Shown: positions 37,903 through 64,000 of the stretch, piece by piece
Position numbering within the stretch: position 1 is the stretch's first letter
Layout of the letters: every line of letters starts with the position of its first letter
DNA from: the human T2T-CHM13v2.0 reference genome, Homo sapiens
DNA: 64,000 nucleotides
Direction: 5' to 3' (one strand)
Assembly (NCBI RefSeq): GCF_009914755.1
Contig: NC_060948.1
Notes under the pieces: generated by a model
The model's input: the letters and a program-made list of their open reading frames with translations, nothing else
The model's database searches: none
What the model was told of the DNA's origin: nothing
Made by a program: the position numbers and the translations under genes

Positions 37903-38439
37903 TAAAATAATACAGATAATATAATATAGTATAATACAATATGTAGGAGATATAGCTCAGAAAACAGGTTTACTGAAATGGTAGACAAAGATAGTGAGTA
38001 AATTAATGAATTCACTGTGGCTAAATCCACTAAGTAGGACTCAGCTTGTATATCTAGGTATCATCAACCATTTGATTGATTTGAAATGCCCAGTTTCCAA
38101 GTCTAACCATTGTTGAGGATGTATAAATTATACTGAACTTGAAGTTGACAGAGTGCAAATTATTTTGCATGCATTTTACAGCAAGGACCGAGCCTCAATT
38201 TTTTTTTTTTTTTTGGCATCGTGAGAATTGAAATAAAGACATTTATATAGGAGTTAAGAAGAAATCACTTAGGCAGATGGTAAGGCTATGGAAGTCCTTA
38301 GTAAGGCTTTTCTCTTTAATGAAAACCAGCCCCAAATCATTTTCTAACAAAGAGCAGTCTGTAAAATTGAGCTGCATCGAGCTGCAGACATAGACAAGCC
38401 AGCTGGGAGCTTGCACGGGTGAATGCCGGCAAAACGTAG

Positions 38440-38672
38440 GGACTAGACACGTTCAAGATGGCGGCTCCATCTTCCCGGCAGGAACTACGGACTAGACACC
38501 TTCAAGATGGCGGCTCCATCTTCCCGGCAGGAACTACGGACTAGACACCTTCAAGATGGCGGCTCCATCTTCCCGGCAGGAACTACGGACTAGACACCTT
38601 CAAGATGGCGGCTCCATCTTCCCGGCAGGAACTAGAGACTAGACACGTTCAAGATGGCGGCTCCATCTTCCC
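38440..38672 (+). promoter_or_regulatory. 5 x 49-bp tandem repeat, each unit with the YY1 consensus CAAGATGGCGGC
   Basis: Motif starts at 38454, 38503, 38552, 38601 and 38650; binding is not demonstrated. Confidence 0.7.
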
Positions 38673-38899
38673 TCCTCTTTGTCAACAGCATGTACAGTAA
38701 GAAAAGCAGACAAGATGGCGCCGATCAACTGGAAATCCCATTTGCTTAAGATTAGGGTGGGGCGACCAGCCTTCCCCACGCACTCTATGGATGTCATGCC
38801 GGATGGAACCAATCTTTGAGCCCTACGTAAATGAAACACCGCCTTCACCAGCCTGCCTATAAAGTCTGCAGAGGTCAGGTGCCTCCCACCTTTTTGGCT

Positions 38900-38992
38900 C
38901 TCTTTCTCTCTCTCTCTCTCTCCTTCCCTCCCTCCCCTTCCCTCCCCTTCCCTCCCTCTCCCTCACTCTCCCCCACTCCCTCTCCCCCTCCC

Positions 38993-39045
<53 letters not shown>

Positions 39046-39192
39046 AGGAGCTGCTCTCCTCCTTTCTTCTGTTGAGACGTGTGTGTGTCTGTCTTTCTGT
39101 CTCTTTCTCTCTCTCTCTCTCGCAAGGAGCTGCTCTCCTCCTTTCTTCTGTTGAGACATCTGTGTGTCTGTCTTTCTGTCTCTGTCCCTCTG

Positions 39193-39247
<55 letters not shown>

Positions 39248-39584
39248 AGGAGCTGCTCTCCTCCTTTCTTCTGTTAGGACCTGCGTGTGTGTCTGTGTTT
39301 CTGTCTGTCTCTGTCCCTCTGTCTCTCTCTCTCTCTGTCTCTGTGTCTCTCAGTCTGTCTCTCTCTCCCTCTCTCTCTGTCCATCTCTCTCTCTCTGTCT
39401 CTCTCTCTGTCCCTCTGTCTCTGTCTCTCTGTCTCTCACAACGAGCTGCTCTCCTCTCTCCTTTCTTCTGTTTGGACGAGTGTGTGTGCCTGTGTCTGTC
39501 TGTCTGTCTGTCTGTCTCACTGTCTCTCTCTGTCCCTCTGTCTCTCTCTATATCTGTCTGTCTGTCTCTTCCTCTCTGTCTGTC

Positions 39585-39616
<32 letters not shown>

Positions 39617-39998
39617 AAGGAGCTGCTCTCCTCTCTTTTTTTCTCTTCAGACTTGTCTGTGTGTGTGTGTCTGTCTGTCTGTCTCTCTGTCTCTCTCTGT
39701 CCCTCTGTCTCTCTCTGTCCCTCTGTCTCTGTCTCTTTCTCTATCGCAAGGAGCTGCTCTCCTCTCTTCTGTTTGGACCTCTCTGCTTGTGTGTGTCTGT
39801 GTGTGTGTGTGTGTCTGCCTCTCTCTCTCTCTCTCTCTCTCGCAAGGAGCTGCTGTCCTCTCTCCTTTCTTCTGTTCAGACCTCTGTGTGTGTGTGTCTC
39901 TCTCTCTCTCTGTCTCTGTGTGTGTCTGTTTCTCTCTGTGTGTGTCTCTTTGTATCTGTGTGTTTGTGTGTGTCTGTCTCTCTGTCTCTGTCTGTCTG

Positions 39999-40032
<34 letters not shown>

Positions 40033-40180
40033 GCAAGGAGCTGCTCTCTTCTCTTTTCTCCTGTTTGGACTTGTGTGTGTGTGTCTGTCTCTCTCTGTCT
40101 GACTGCCTCTCTTTGTCTCTGTCTCTCTATCTCTCTGTCTGTCTCACAAGGAGCTGCTCTCCTCTCTCCTTTCTTCCCTG
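38900..40180. repeat. (CT)n/(GT)n/(CTGT)n compound array punctuated by caaggagctgctctcctc
   Basis: Anchor motif recurs ~9x between microsatellite blocks. Confidence 0.92.
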
Positions 40181-40305
40181 TCCTCAATTATTTCTCAGAG
40201 TGAGACAAGGAACTCCAGGGTATACACCCCGCACGACGTAGCTGTTTCCAACACCAGGGGTCTTAGCTAGAAAAAGTGAGTGTATGTAATCGTCAGCATT
40301 TGCTA

Positions 40306-40930
<625 letters not shown>

Positions 40931-40953
40931 TTGTATAAAACATAAAAATGTAA

Positions 40954-42203
<1,250 letters not shown>

Positions 42204-43122
42204 ACAGAGTCTTGCTATGTTGCCCAGGCTGGTCTCGAACTTCTGGGGTAAGTGATGCTCCCACCTCAACCTCTCAAAGTGGTGGGATTACAGGCGTGAG
42301 CCACCGCGCCCGGCCTCCATGAGTCTGATTTTAACCCATGTCTTTTGTATTTCTCAGTCCTTGTCCACACATCTCATCACACACGTGCGCAGCAAACAGG
42401 CACACGCAGTGTGAACCCAGGCACAGCTCTCCGAGAGAACTCTAGTCAACACGTCGTCCGTGGGACATCGGCTGTATTTCTGTTCCTTTCCTTCTTTTCT
42501 GTCTCTTTCTCTTATTTCCCAAAACTCCGTTGTGTTTCTGATTTGTTCACATCGTTTTCGGCAAAAGGAAAACACAATGGTAAGTGGGGTTTATAAATCT
42601 ATCTTCGTTATCAAGGGAAGATTGAAACGGCATGGAGACAAATGAAATTAACTGTGCACGGGACACACCGTCAACAAAACGCTAATAAGTGCAGAAAGAC
42701 TGTTTAGCAGGAAACATGTCCAAAAAAAAAAAAGAAAAGAAAGGATCTTAATCATGGTTTAAGCTTATCTGATGGATTTCAACAGAGACACATCAAGTCT
42801 AATTGAATGTTTACGTGCACTTTTTATGGTTTCTGTATTCTGTGTAATGAAATAACATTACAAAAAAGCGTTGAGACGCAAGAAACTCTGGGATTCTTCT
42901 AAAGGGAGAGTTGGAGTTACTACATTCAACATGGACGGCTTCTCTTCTGTATTTCAACAGCGTTATCGTCTGCAAATTTGGAGATTCTCTGAAAGCTTCA
43001 CGGCCATCCTGGGTCTCAAACTCTTTGAATATTCATACTGTAAACTATCTGACAACATGGGATTGGGTTTTGGCATTCTCTAGGTCTACTGAGAGAGGTT
43101 CTGGAATGCAATTTAACTTTAA

Positions 43123-44212
<1,090 letters not shown>

Positions 44213-44215
<3 letters not shown>

Positions 44216-44620
44216 AACCCAAAATATCTGAGACAGGTGTCAATCAATTTAGCAGGTTTATTTTGCCAACGTTAAAGACACACCCATGAGACGGCCTCAG
44301 GAGGTCCTGACGACAGGTGTTCAAGGTGGTTGGGTCACAGCTTGGTTTTATACATTTTAGAGAGACATGAGACATCAATCAATGTGTGATACTGTAAGTT
44401 GTGCATTGGTTTGGTCCGGAAAGGTGAGACAGCTCAAAGTGAGGAGGGGGCTTATAGGTGATAGGTAGGAATTTCCTTGTGGACAGATTGTGAGGGACAT
44501 ATGTGATCTTTGTATCTCTGTAGCGATCTTATTTACGAATAAAATAGGAGGCAGGTTTGCCTGATGCCGTTTCCATATTGACTTTTTCCTTTGGCTTAGT
44601 GATTTGGGAGTCCTAAGATT
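44213..44620 (-). mobile_element. MER4A-like LTR
   Basis: gaacccaaaatatctgagacagg..tcaatcaatttag..gtttattttgccaa...ggcctcaggaggtcctgacgac. Confidence 0.82.
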
Positions 44621-44629
44621 TATTTTTCT

Positions 44630-45029
44630 TCCTATCAATCTATCTATCCATCCATCCATCTATTCATCCTTCCATCTATCCGTTTATGTATGTATGTATG
44701 TATCTATCTATCTATCTATCTATCTGTCCATCCATCTATTCATGTATGTATGTATGTATGTATGTATCTATCCACCCATCCATCCAGCTATTCATGTATG
44801 TATGTATGTATCCATCCATCCATCCATCCATCTATTCATCTATGTATGTATGTATGTATGTATGTATCTATCTATCTATCTGTCGATTTATCCATCCATC
44901 CATCCATCTATCCATGTGTGTATGTATGTATGTATCTATCTATCCATCCATCCATCTATCCATCTAAGTATGTATGTATGCGTCTGTCCATCCATCCATC
45001 CATCTGTTCATGTACGTATATATATATCT

Positions 45030-45063
<34 letters not shown>

Positions 45064-45710
45064 CTATCCGTCTATGTATGTATGTATGCATCTATCTATC
45101 CATCCATCTGTCCATCTATGTATGAATGTATGTATGTGTCTGTCTATCCATCCATCCATCCATCCATCTATTCATGGATGTATGTATCTATCCATCCATC
45201 CATCCATTTATGCATCTATGTATGTATGTATGTATGTATCCATCCATCCATCCATCTATCCATGTATGTATGTATCCATCCATCTATCCATCTATGTATG
45301 TATGTATGTATCTGTCTGTCTATCTATCCATCCATCCATCTATCCATGTATGTATGTGTGTATGTATGTATGTATCTATCCATCTATGTATGCATGTATG
45401 TGTCTGTCTATCCATCCATCCATCCATCAACTCATGTATGTATGTATCCATCCATCCATCTATTCATCTATGTATGTATGTATGTATCTATCTATCTATC
45501 CATCAATCCATCCATCCATCCATCTATCCATGTATTTGTGTATCTATCCTTCCATCCATCTATGTATGTATGTATATATTTATCTATCCATCATCTACCA
45601 TCTATTTATCTATCTCATCTATCTTTCTGTTTATCGTGTATCTATCAGTCATCTATCCACCCATCTCCTGCCCCCTCCCCCTGTGTATCTACTTGTGTAC
45701 TTACCTATCT
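44630..45710. repeat. (TATG)n(TATC)n(CATC)n compound tract
   Basis: Direct reading; source of the ORFs at 44690..45934 and neighbours. Confidence 0.95.
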
Positions 45711-45719
45711 ATGGCAACC

Positions 45720-45920
45720 AGAGAGCTTTTACCCCCAGGAGATATTTTGCAATATCTGGTGGCAATTTTGGTTGTCACAACTGGGGAGGGGGTGGTCCTG
45801 GCACCTGGTGGGTGAAGCCCAGGGTCTCTGCTCAACACCATACAGTGCCCAGGACAGCCCCACCGCAGAGAATCCTCCATCCCCAAATGTCAGCAGAGCC
45901 TGGGCAGAGAGACCTTGAAA
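45720..45920. mobile_element. MER20 DNA transposon
   Basis: gcaatatctgg...ttttggttgtcacaactggggagg...acagtgcccaggacagcccc...caaatgtcagcagagcc. Confidence 0.8.
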
Positions 45921-46625
45921 TAGACAAGCATTAATTTCTCTCAGCTATAGATTTGATAACTTAACAAAATGTCTGTTCCTTGCCACCTCCTCTGATTTTT
46001 CGCTTTTACAGTTCCCCCAAATGGAACGCCATAACTAACCACAACCACAAATACACTCAGAGCTAAAGCCACATGGCCCCCTATTGGAGGAAAAGCAGGA
46101 CCCAAGAAACAATTCCTGGCGTCCAACTGACCTTTGCAGGTTTCGCTAGAACATTCAGAAGTCACTGTGGCTGTCCCCAGGGGCCCAGAGTCATTGTGAG
46201 AAGCTCAGAGAAGCAGGGGACCCCGCGGACAGCAGCTGGGCACGGGGTCCTTTGTGCAAAAGTCTTTCAAATTCAAATCTCCCTCCCTCCCCTGGGCTGT
46301 AAAATCCCTTCTCCCGCCAGTAACACAGCTCTCCCTGGATTTACAGCTGCAATGTTTACCACCAGCCTGCTGAGCTCACAGCTTAGAGCCAGGCTTACCC
46401 TTTCAGAGCGAATTTTCACTGAGGCCAGTTTACTTTCCAAGCAGCGACTCTGAGAATGTCTTCTAAGCTGTGGCATAACTGTCCAAGTGGTTCTTCCTGC
46501 CTGCTGAATAAAGACTCACAGCATTGCCGTAGACAAAGAATTTAAGAGACACAAGGCCGGCCATGCCATGTGGCAGGCGGAGTACCTACTCAAGGCTCAG
46601 AGATAGGGGTTTTTCAAAGGCAGTG

Positions 46626-47950
<1,325 letters not shown>

Positions 47951-47957
47951 TTAAGAA

Positions 47958-48968
<1,011 letters not shown>

Positions 48969-49294
48969 TTAAAAAAAAATCCAAGATTTCTGTGTGTCAC
49001 AAAATATTTACGAAATTAAAGGGAAGTTCAGAGACCACGTGGAAAATACATTCTAAACCAAAGCATCATTACTACACAAGGAGGTGTTTCAAATCAAACG
49101 TGAAGTTTCCCCCAATGAAAAAGTCAAACGGCACAAGATAAACGGTCGGAATCAACAGAACACGTTCGACTTCAGTAAAGATTACAGAAATACTTTCTTT
49201 AAAACAAGGAGACCTCACTTGAATTTTCTACATTGCATGCTTTTCTGCCCTCCAGAGCTGAAAACTCAGAAGCTTTGAAAATGCCCATTCTCTT

Positions 49295-50515
<1,221 letters not shown>

Positions 50516-50685
50516 AGTTGCAGCGAGAGAGAACGGACAAACAGAGGAGTCAGGAGAAGCCATGGGGAAGAGAGAATGGAAGAAAGAGGCTCAAACTCAG
50601 ACCCTGGAGAAGGAGAGGGGCAGGGTTGGCCACCCACAACCGTATCCACAGTCCAGAGAATGCTGTAGTTACAAGATACAAATAG

Positions 50686-51066
<381 letters not shown>

Positions 51067-51744
51067 TAAACAATTAAGTGTTCAGCAGTGGATGACTTCA
51101 GCAATGAGTTAGAAGACGACCGAGCAGAGGTGAAGGAGATGTCATTCCATTTCCTCGTCCAGGCTGGCTGTCCGGCCTCCCCGCGTCCCTCGGAAGACGA
51201 TGCTGAAATCCCGTTGTGTCTATGGCGATGGCAGACGGGGGACAGCCAGATTCTGAAGGCGTCCCCGGCTACATCTGTTCCCATTTTCTCCTCGGCCGGG
51301 CCATACCAGCGGGAGCGGAAATTCAGTTTTAATAACACAGACCCCCCAAACCCATTTCTGAAGGCAGTTTGTGGGGTGACCTCAGTGTGGATTGTAAATA
51401 TAAAATTCATATGTGCTGGGCTTCCTGACTGTAATTACCTATCAAAAGTTTCAGGGTTTCAGTGAAATTCCTTATGAAACAACAAATAGTCTCACGGTGG
51501 AATCTCACCCCCACCTCTCCCTCTCTACATGCCTGGGACAGAGAATTGATTCTTACGTTTCATGCACAGGACAGACAAGTGTATTTGGTATTTTAATCCC
51601 ATCCCAAGATGTCTGTGTGGAGTTAATTTTCCTCATGGAATATTTCCTTTCTGCTCATGTGCTGCAGGAGAACAGCTACCCACGACTCTCCAGGCAGTGT
51701 GGCAGGAGGAGAGAGAAGGGCAGGCTCTGCAGAATTCTTCGTCT

Positions 51745-53053
<1,309 letters not shown>

Positions 53054-53400
53054 ACTTTTCTTCATGACTGAGTTTTTGGTGCTCTTTTAAACTATATATA
53101 TACTATATATATATAATAAAATATATATTTTAAGTCATATATATAAAATATATGTAATAAAATTTAAATATTTGTATTTTCTTTATGCTAGAACCAATTA
53201 AATTATATATAATGATTATATTCTCATATTAAATCTTAAATTCTCTTAAATTATAAGAATTCCACTGGTTCTAGCATTAAGAGAAGACGAATGTTTAAGG
53301 TGACAGATATCCCAAGTGAACTGATTTGATTTTTACAAAGTACCCTTAAATTATGCACCTTTTCTTTTATGCATCAAGTTTTCTTTTATGCATCAAAGGA

Positions 53401-54111
<711 letters not shown>

Positions 54112-54382
54112 TTATATATTCAGAGACATCATTTCAGCCACCTCTGTTTCCTCTGCCGTCAAATACATGACTGGAGGTAGCTTCTGAAAGTCCTCAGCCG
54201 TAACGATCCAGCAGGCTCATTAATAGAGACGGAACGGATCATCACTCGCTTACTTATCGGGTACAAATTGAAATCTTCAGAGTCCCGGCTGGTTCATTAG
54301 CAAATCAGGCCTCTGTGGGACAACATGATACATTGCCTAATAAGCAATTAATAGATTCCTCAGTTATTTGATGCATGCACTT

Positions 54383-54400
54383 TGTGTGTGTGTGTGTGTG

Positions 54401-54434
<34 letters not shown>
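54383..54434. repeat. (TG)n microsatellite, ~25 units with one CG interruption
   Basis: Direct reading. Confidence 0.95.
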
Positions 54435-54619
54435 GTTGGAGCCAGGCGGAACGAGGTCCTGTCCACAACTTTAGCCATTGTGGTATCTGATTAGAATTGA
54501 CCATTCAATGTCAAATGAATTCCGATGCATCCTAACGGCGGATGTCACTGGCCTAAGGACCCCCCAGTTAAGCCACCTGCCCCATCCTACGTGGACATCT
54601 GCTGTTTTTTTGGTTAGTT

Positions 54620-58472
<3,853 letters not shown>

Positions 58473-58479
58473 GTTAATC

Positions 58480-59490
58480 TTTTATTTTTAATTGGCAAAT
58501 AATAATTATGTATGTGTTTAGGGTATAACGATATGTTTTCATCAATGTGGGAAGGATTAAATCAAGTTAACGCACCTGCCACCTCACCTACCTATTATCA
58601 CCGTGTGTTTTCTTGTTTTTTTGGTGGTGGTGTTCCTTTTTGAGATGGAGTCTTGCTCTGTCACCCAGGCTGGAGTGCAGTGGCACAGTCGCAGCTCACT
58701 GCAACCCCCATCTCCTGGGTTCAAGCAGTTCTCTTCCTCAGCCACTTTAAAACGATCCAAATCTGTCATCTTGGATTTTTGGAGACGCTTTCAGGAGAAC
58801 TGCCTTTGGAAGCTTTTTTTTTTTTTTTTTTGAGATGGAGTCTCGCTCTGTTGCCCAGGCTGGAGTGAAATGGCACCACACCTCAGGTGGTCTGTCCACC
58901 TTGGCCTCCCAAAGTGCTGGGATTACAGGCATGAGCCACCATGCCCAGACTCATCTCATCTGAGGTCAGGAGTTTGAGACCAGCCTGGCCAACATGGAGA
59001 AACCCTGTCTCTACTAAAAATACAAAATTAAATTTTGAGATGGGGTCTCGCTCTGTCACCCAGGCTGGAGTGCAGTGATGCAATCTCAGCTCGCTGCAAC
59101 CTCCACCTCCCGGGTTCAAGCGATTCTCTGCCTCAGCCTCCCGAGTAGCTGGAACTACAGGCACCCACCACCAAGACCGGCGAATTTTTGTATTTTTAGT
59201 AGAGACGGGGTTTCACCATGTTGGCCAGGCTGGTCTCGAACTCCTGATTTCGTGACCCACCTGCCTCGACTTCCCAAAGTGCTGAGATTACAGGCATGAG
59301 CCACTGCGCCCGGCTACTACTTTATTTTTAATTGGCAAATAATTATGTATGCGTCCAGGGTGTCATGTTATGTTTTCATCGATGTGCGCAATGTGTAATG
59401 GTTAAATCACGTTGACACACCCACCGTCTCACCTCCTTATTATCACTGTGAGTTTTTTAATGGTGGGAACATTCAAAAATTACTCTTTCA
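58480..59490. mobile_element. Mosaic of duplicated L1M 3' end (58480-58610, 59322-59490), Alu pieces in both orientations and an RPL14-derived patch
   Basis: tttattttta attggcaaataa...tatgtatg occurs twice; Alu fragments lie between. Confidence 0.8.
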
Positions 59491-59540
59491 ATGCAAAATC
59501 GATCACAAAAGCTGTCTAAGTTCTGTAAAAATATTTCCCG

Positions 59541-60081
<541 letters not shown>

Positions 60082-60409
60082 CTATAGTTTGAGCTACTTA
60101 CTGACAATCCCTTCTTGCAAACGCTCAACACAGAATTGCTGAGACCGTTAGAACATCACAGAGCCCTCCCTCTGTGTTTCATGAATCTTGCCTCTTTCTG
60201 TTTTTTTATTTTTTGTAGAGATGTGGCGGGGGGGCTCTCACTATGTTGCCCAGGCTGGTCTCAAACCTCTGGCCTCAAGCCATCCTCCTGCCTCAGCCTT
60301 ACAAAGTGCTGGGATCACAAGCATGAGTCGCCGCTGCACGGATGAATCGTGCGTCTTTTTACCTGCAACCATGTCCATCAACCCTCGTCGGTGTTAGTCA
60401 ATATTATCA

Positions 60410-61250
60410 AACATTATTATTGTTGTTATTAAATATTAAATAATTATTATTAAATATTAACTAAATACTTAATTTATATTTAATATTATTATATTATATT
60501 TGTTGTTTATTATATATTATATTATAAAAATATCAAGTGATGTTAAATGAATTACATATTAATTAAATTTAATTTATATTTAATTAATATTTAATCAATA
60601 TTTCTATTGATTTATATTTCTATTTTATATTGCACATATTGCAATATGCATATAGATGCATATCTATTGCATAGATGTATATGCATAGCTATATATGCAT
60701 ATAAAAATATATGGATATATGCAAATATATGGATATATAGATATATGCATGTTTATATTTTAATTAAATATTTAATTATTAATATTAAATAGTATTAAAT
60801 ACTTAATTATTAATATTAAATATTATTAAATACTTAATTATTAATATTAAATATTATTAAATATTTAATATTAATATTAAATATTATTGAATATTTAATA
60901 TTAATATTAAATAAATATTAATGTTTATTATTAGATATTAATTAAACATTTAATTTATATTTAGTTAATATTTAATCAATATTTCTATTTATTTATATTT
61001 CTACTTTATATTGCATACATTGCAATATGCATATATAGCTATGCATATATATCTATGCAATAGATATGCATCTATATGCATATACAAATATATGGATATA
61101 TGCAAATATATGGATATATAGATATATGAATGTTTATATTTTAATTAAATATTTAATTAATATCTAATAATAATCACGAATATTTAATATTGATAATTAA
61201 ATACTAATTATTAAATATTTAATTACCATATAAACAGAAGCATATATATT
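60410..61250. repeat. AT-rich tract containing a 381-bp-period direct duplication
   Basis: ttaatatttaatcaatatttctatt...atatggatatatgcaaatatatggatatatagatatatg occurs twice. Confidence 0.9.
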
Positions 61251-61577
61251 CAATGTTGTTCAACATTTTCCGCACCCTCACCACTTTCACAGCCGATCCA
61301 GTCATATGTTTTGATGTCAGGGGACCCCCTCCCCAGTATCCCTCTCTCTCATTGCTAAGTGCCCACACCAAGGTGACCCGGGGACCCCCACTGTCACAGG
61401 CCTGGATTGTGACGGAGTCTGAAGCATTCGCCGTTGGTGGGGCACGCTCAGGTGATCAGCGGGACGTGAGTGTGGATGGCGGGACAGCCAGGAGACAGAC
61501 GATGTCTCCTGTAATACAGCATGAGCACAGGAGAAAAGAAAAAAAAGAAAGGAAAGAAAGAAAAGAAAGAAAGATCA

Positions 61578-62290
<713 letters not shown>

Positions 62291-62798
62291 AAATAAAATA
62301 AGATATATGATCAACACAATGTAAATTAGACAATTTATAGTCACACAGCATCCTCCGCGACCTCACCCACAGTGGGAGAGAAAAATTAAAAAAAAAAAAA
62401 AACAGTTTTAGGATGATCCCCATGAAATTGTCAAAACCAGCCGCCTTCTAAATATCTGACTGTGGCTGTCAGAAAACAGACTTCAGAGAAGAATACAAAT
62501 CATTGTATCCAGCCATAATAATGGAGTTCAAAGCTGAGAGGCTATGAAAAATTCATCGTGTGTCTACTTGAAACGAGGGATGTAAATTATGCCACTTTGT
62601 CTATATTTGTACAATATGTTCTCGTTGGCAAATACGGGATCTGATCATTGTTTCGTTAAATACCTGACAATTCTGTAACAGTTGCAAAGACGGGTGCTTA
62701 AATCAGCGTTTCCCACTCTAGGACGGCAAGAAAACAAAAATAAAGAAATAAAACAGGGTCAGAAAGAATGAGAGCCGGGGGAACCTTTATCTAAATCA

Positions 62799-64000
<1,202 letters not shown>

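Larger units (their letters stand above)
38243..40253 (+). mobile_element. ERV1 solo LTR (LTR9/MER61-like) expanded by two internal tandem arrays
   Basis: ggagttaagaagaaatcacttaggcagat start; U3 motifs; U5-like end gtgagacaaggaactccagggtatacaccccgcac...aca. Confidence 0.75.

Noticed and set aside
39072-40241. Ser/Leu/Val/Cys-rich ORFs up to 389 aa
   Set aside because: (CT)n/(GT)n microsatellite translation
44604-45934. ORFs up to 414 aa
   Set aside because: Tetranucleotide repeat translation

Overview
Human-like (primate) non-coding genomic DNA with no credible protein-coding gene. The window is extremely rich in Alus, LTRs and tandem repeats. The one gene-derived feature is a minus-strand processed RPL14 pseudogene (~56800-58472), broken by two Alus. 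That pseudogene, the dense VNTRs and the (CCAT)n/(TATC)n tracts fit my recollection of RPL14P5 in pseudoautosomal region 1 (Xp22.33/Yp11.3), in the gene desert downstream of SHOX; this placement is from memory and needs a BLAT check. Long ORFs in the track come from tandem repeats or Alus. I found no new gene system. The most notable observations are: (1) a 5x49-bp expansion inside an LTR9/MER61-like LTR that creates a tandem array of perfect YY1 motifs ahead of an intact-looking LTR core promoter; (2) a recurrent TGTAAT>TGTCAT substitution shared by many Alus of different subfamilies; (3) pervasive local tandem amplification of TE fragments (whole Alus, Alu arms, MLT1, L1, RPL14 pseudogene); (4) a 39-bp micro-inversion between two copies of an AT-rich duplication; (5) several repeat-free, homeobox-motif-rich islands that are candidate long-range enhancers. 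Repeat boundaries were read by eye and are approximate, and family names are recognised from memory.
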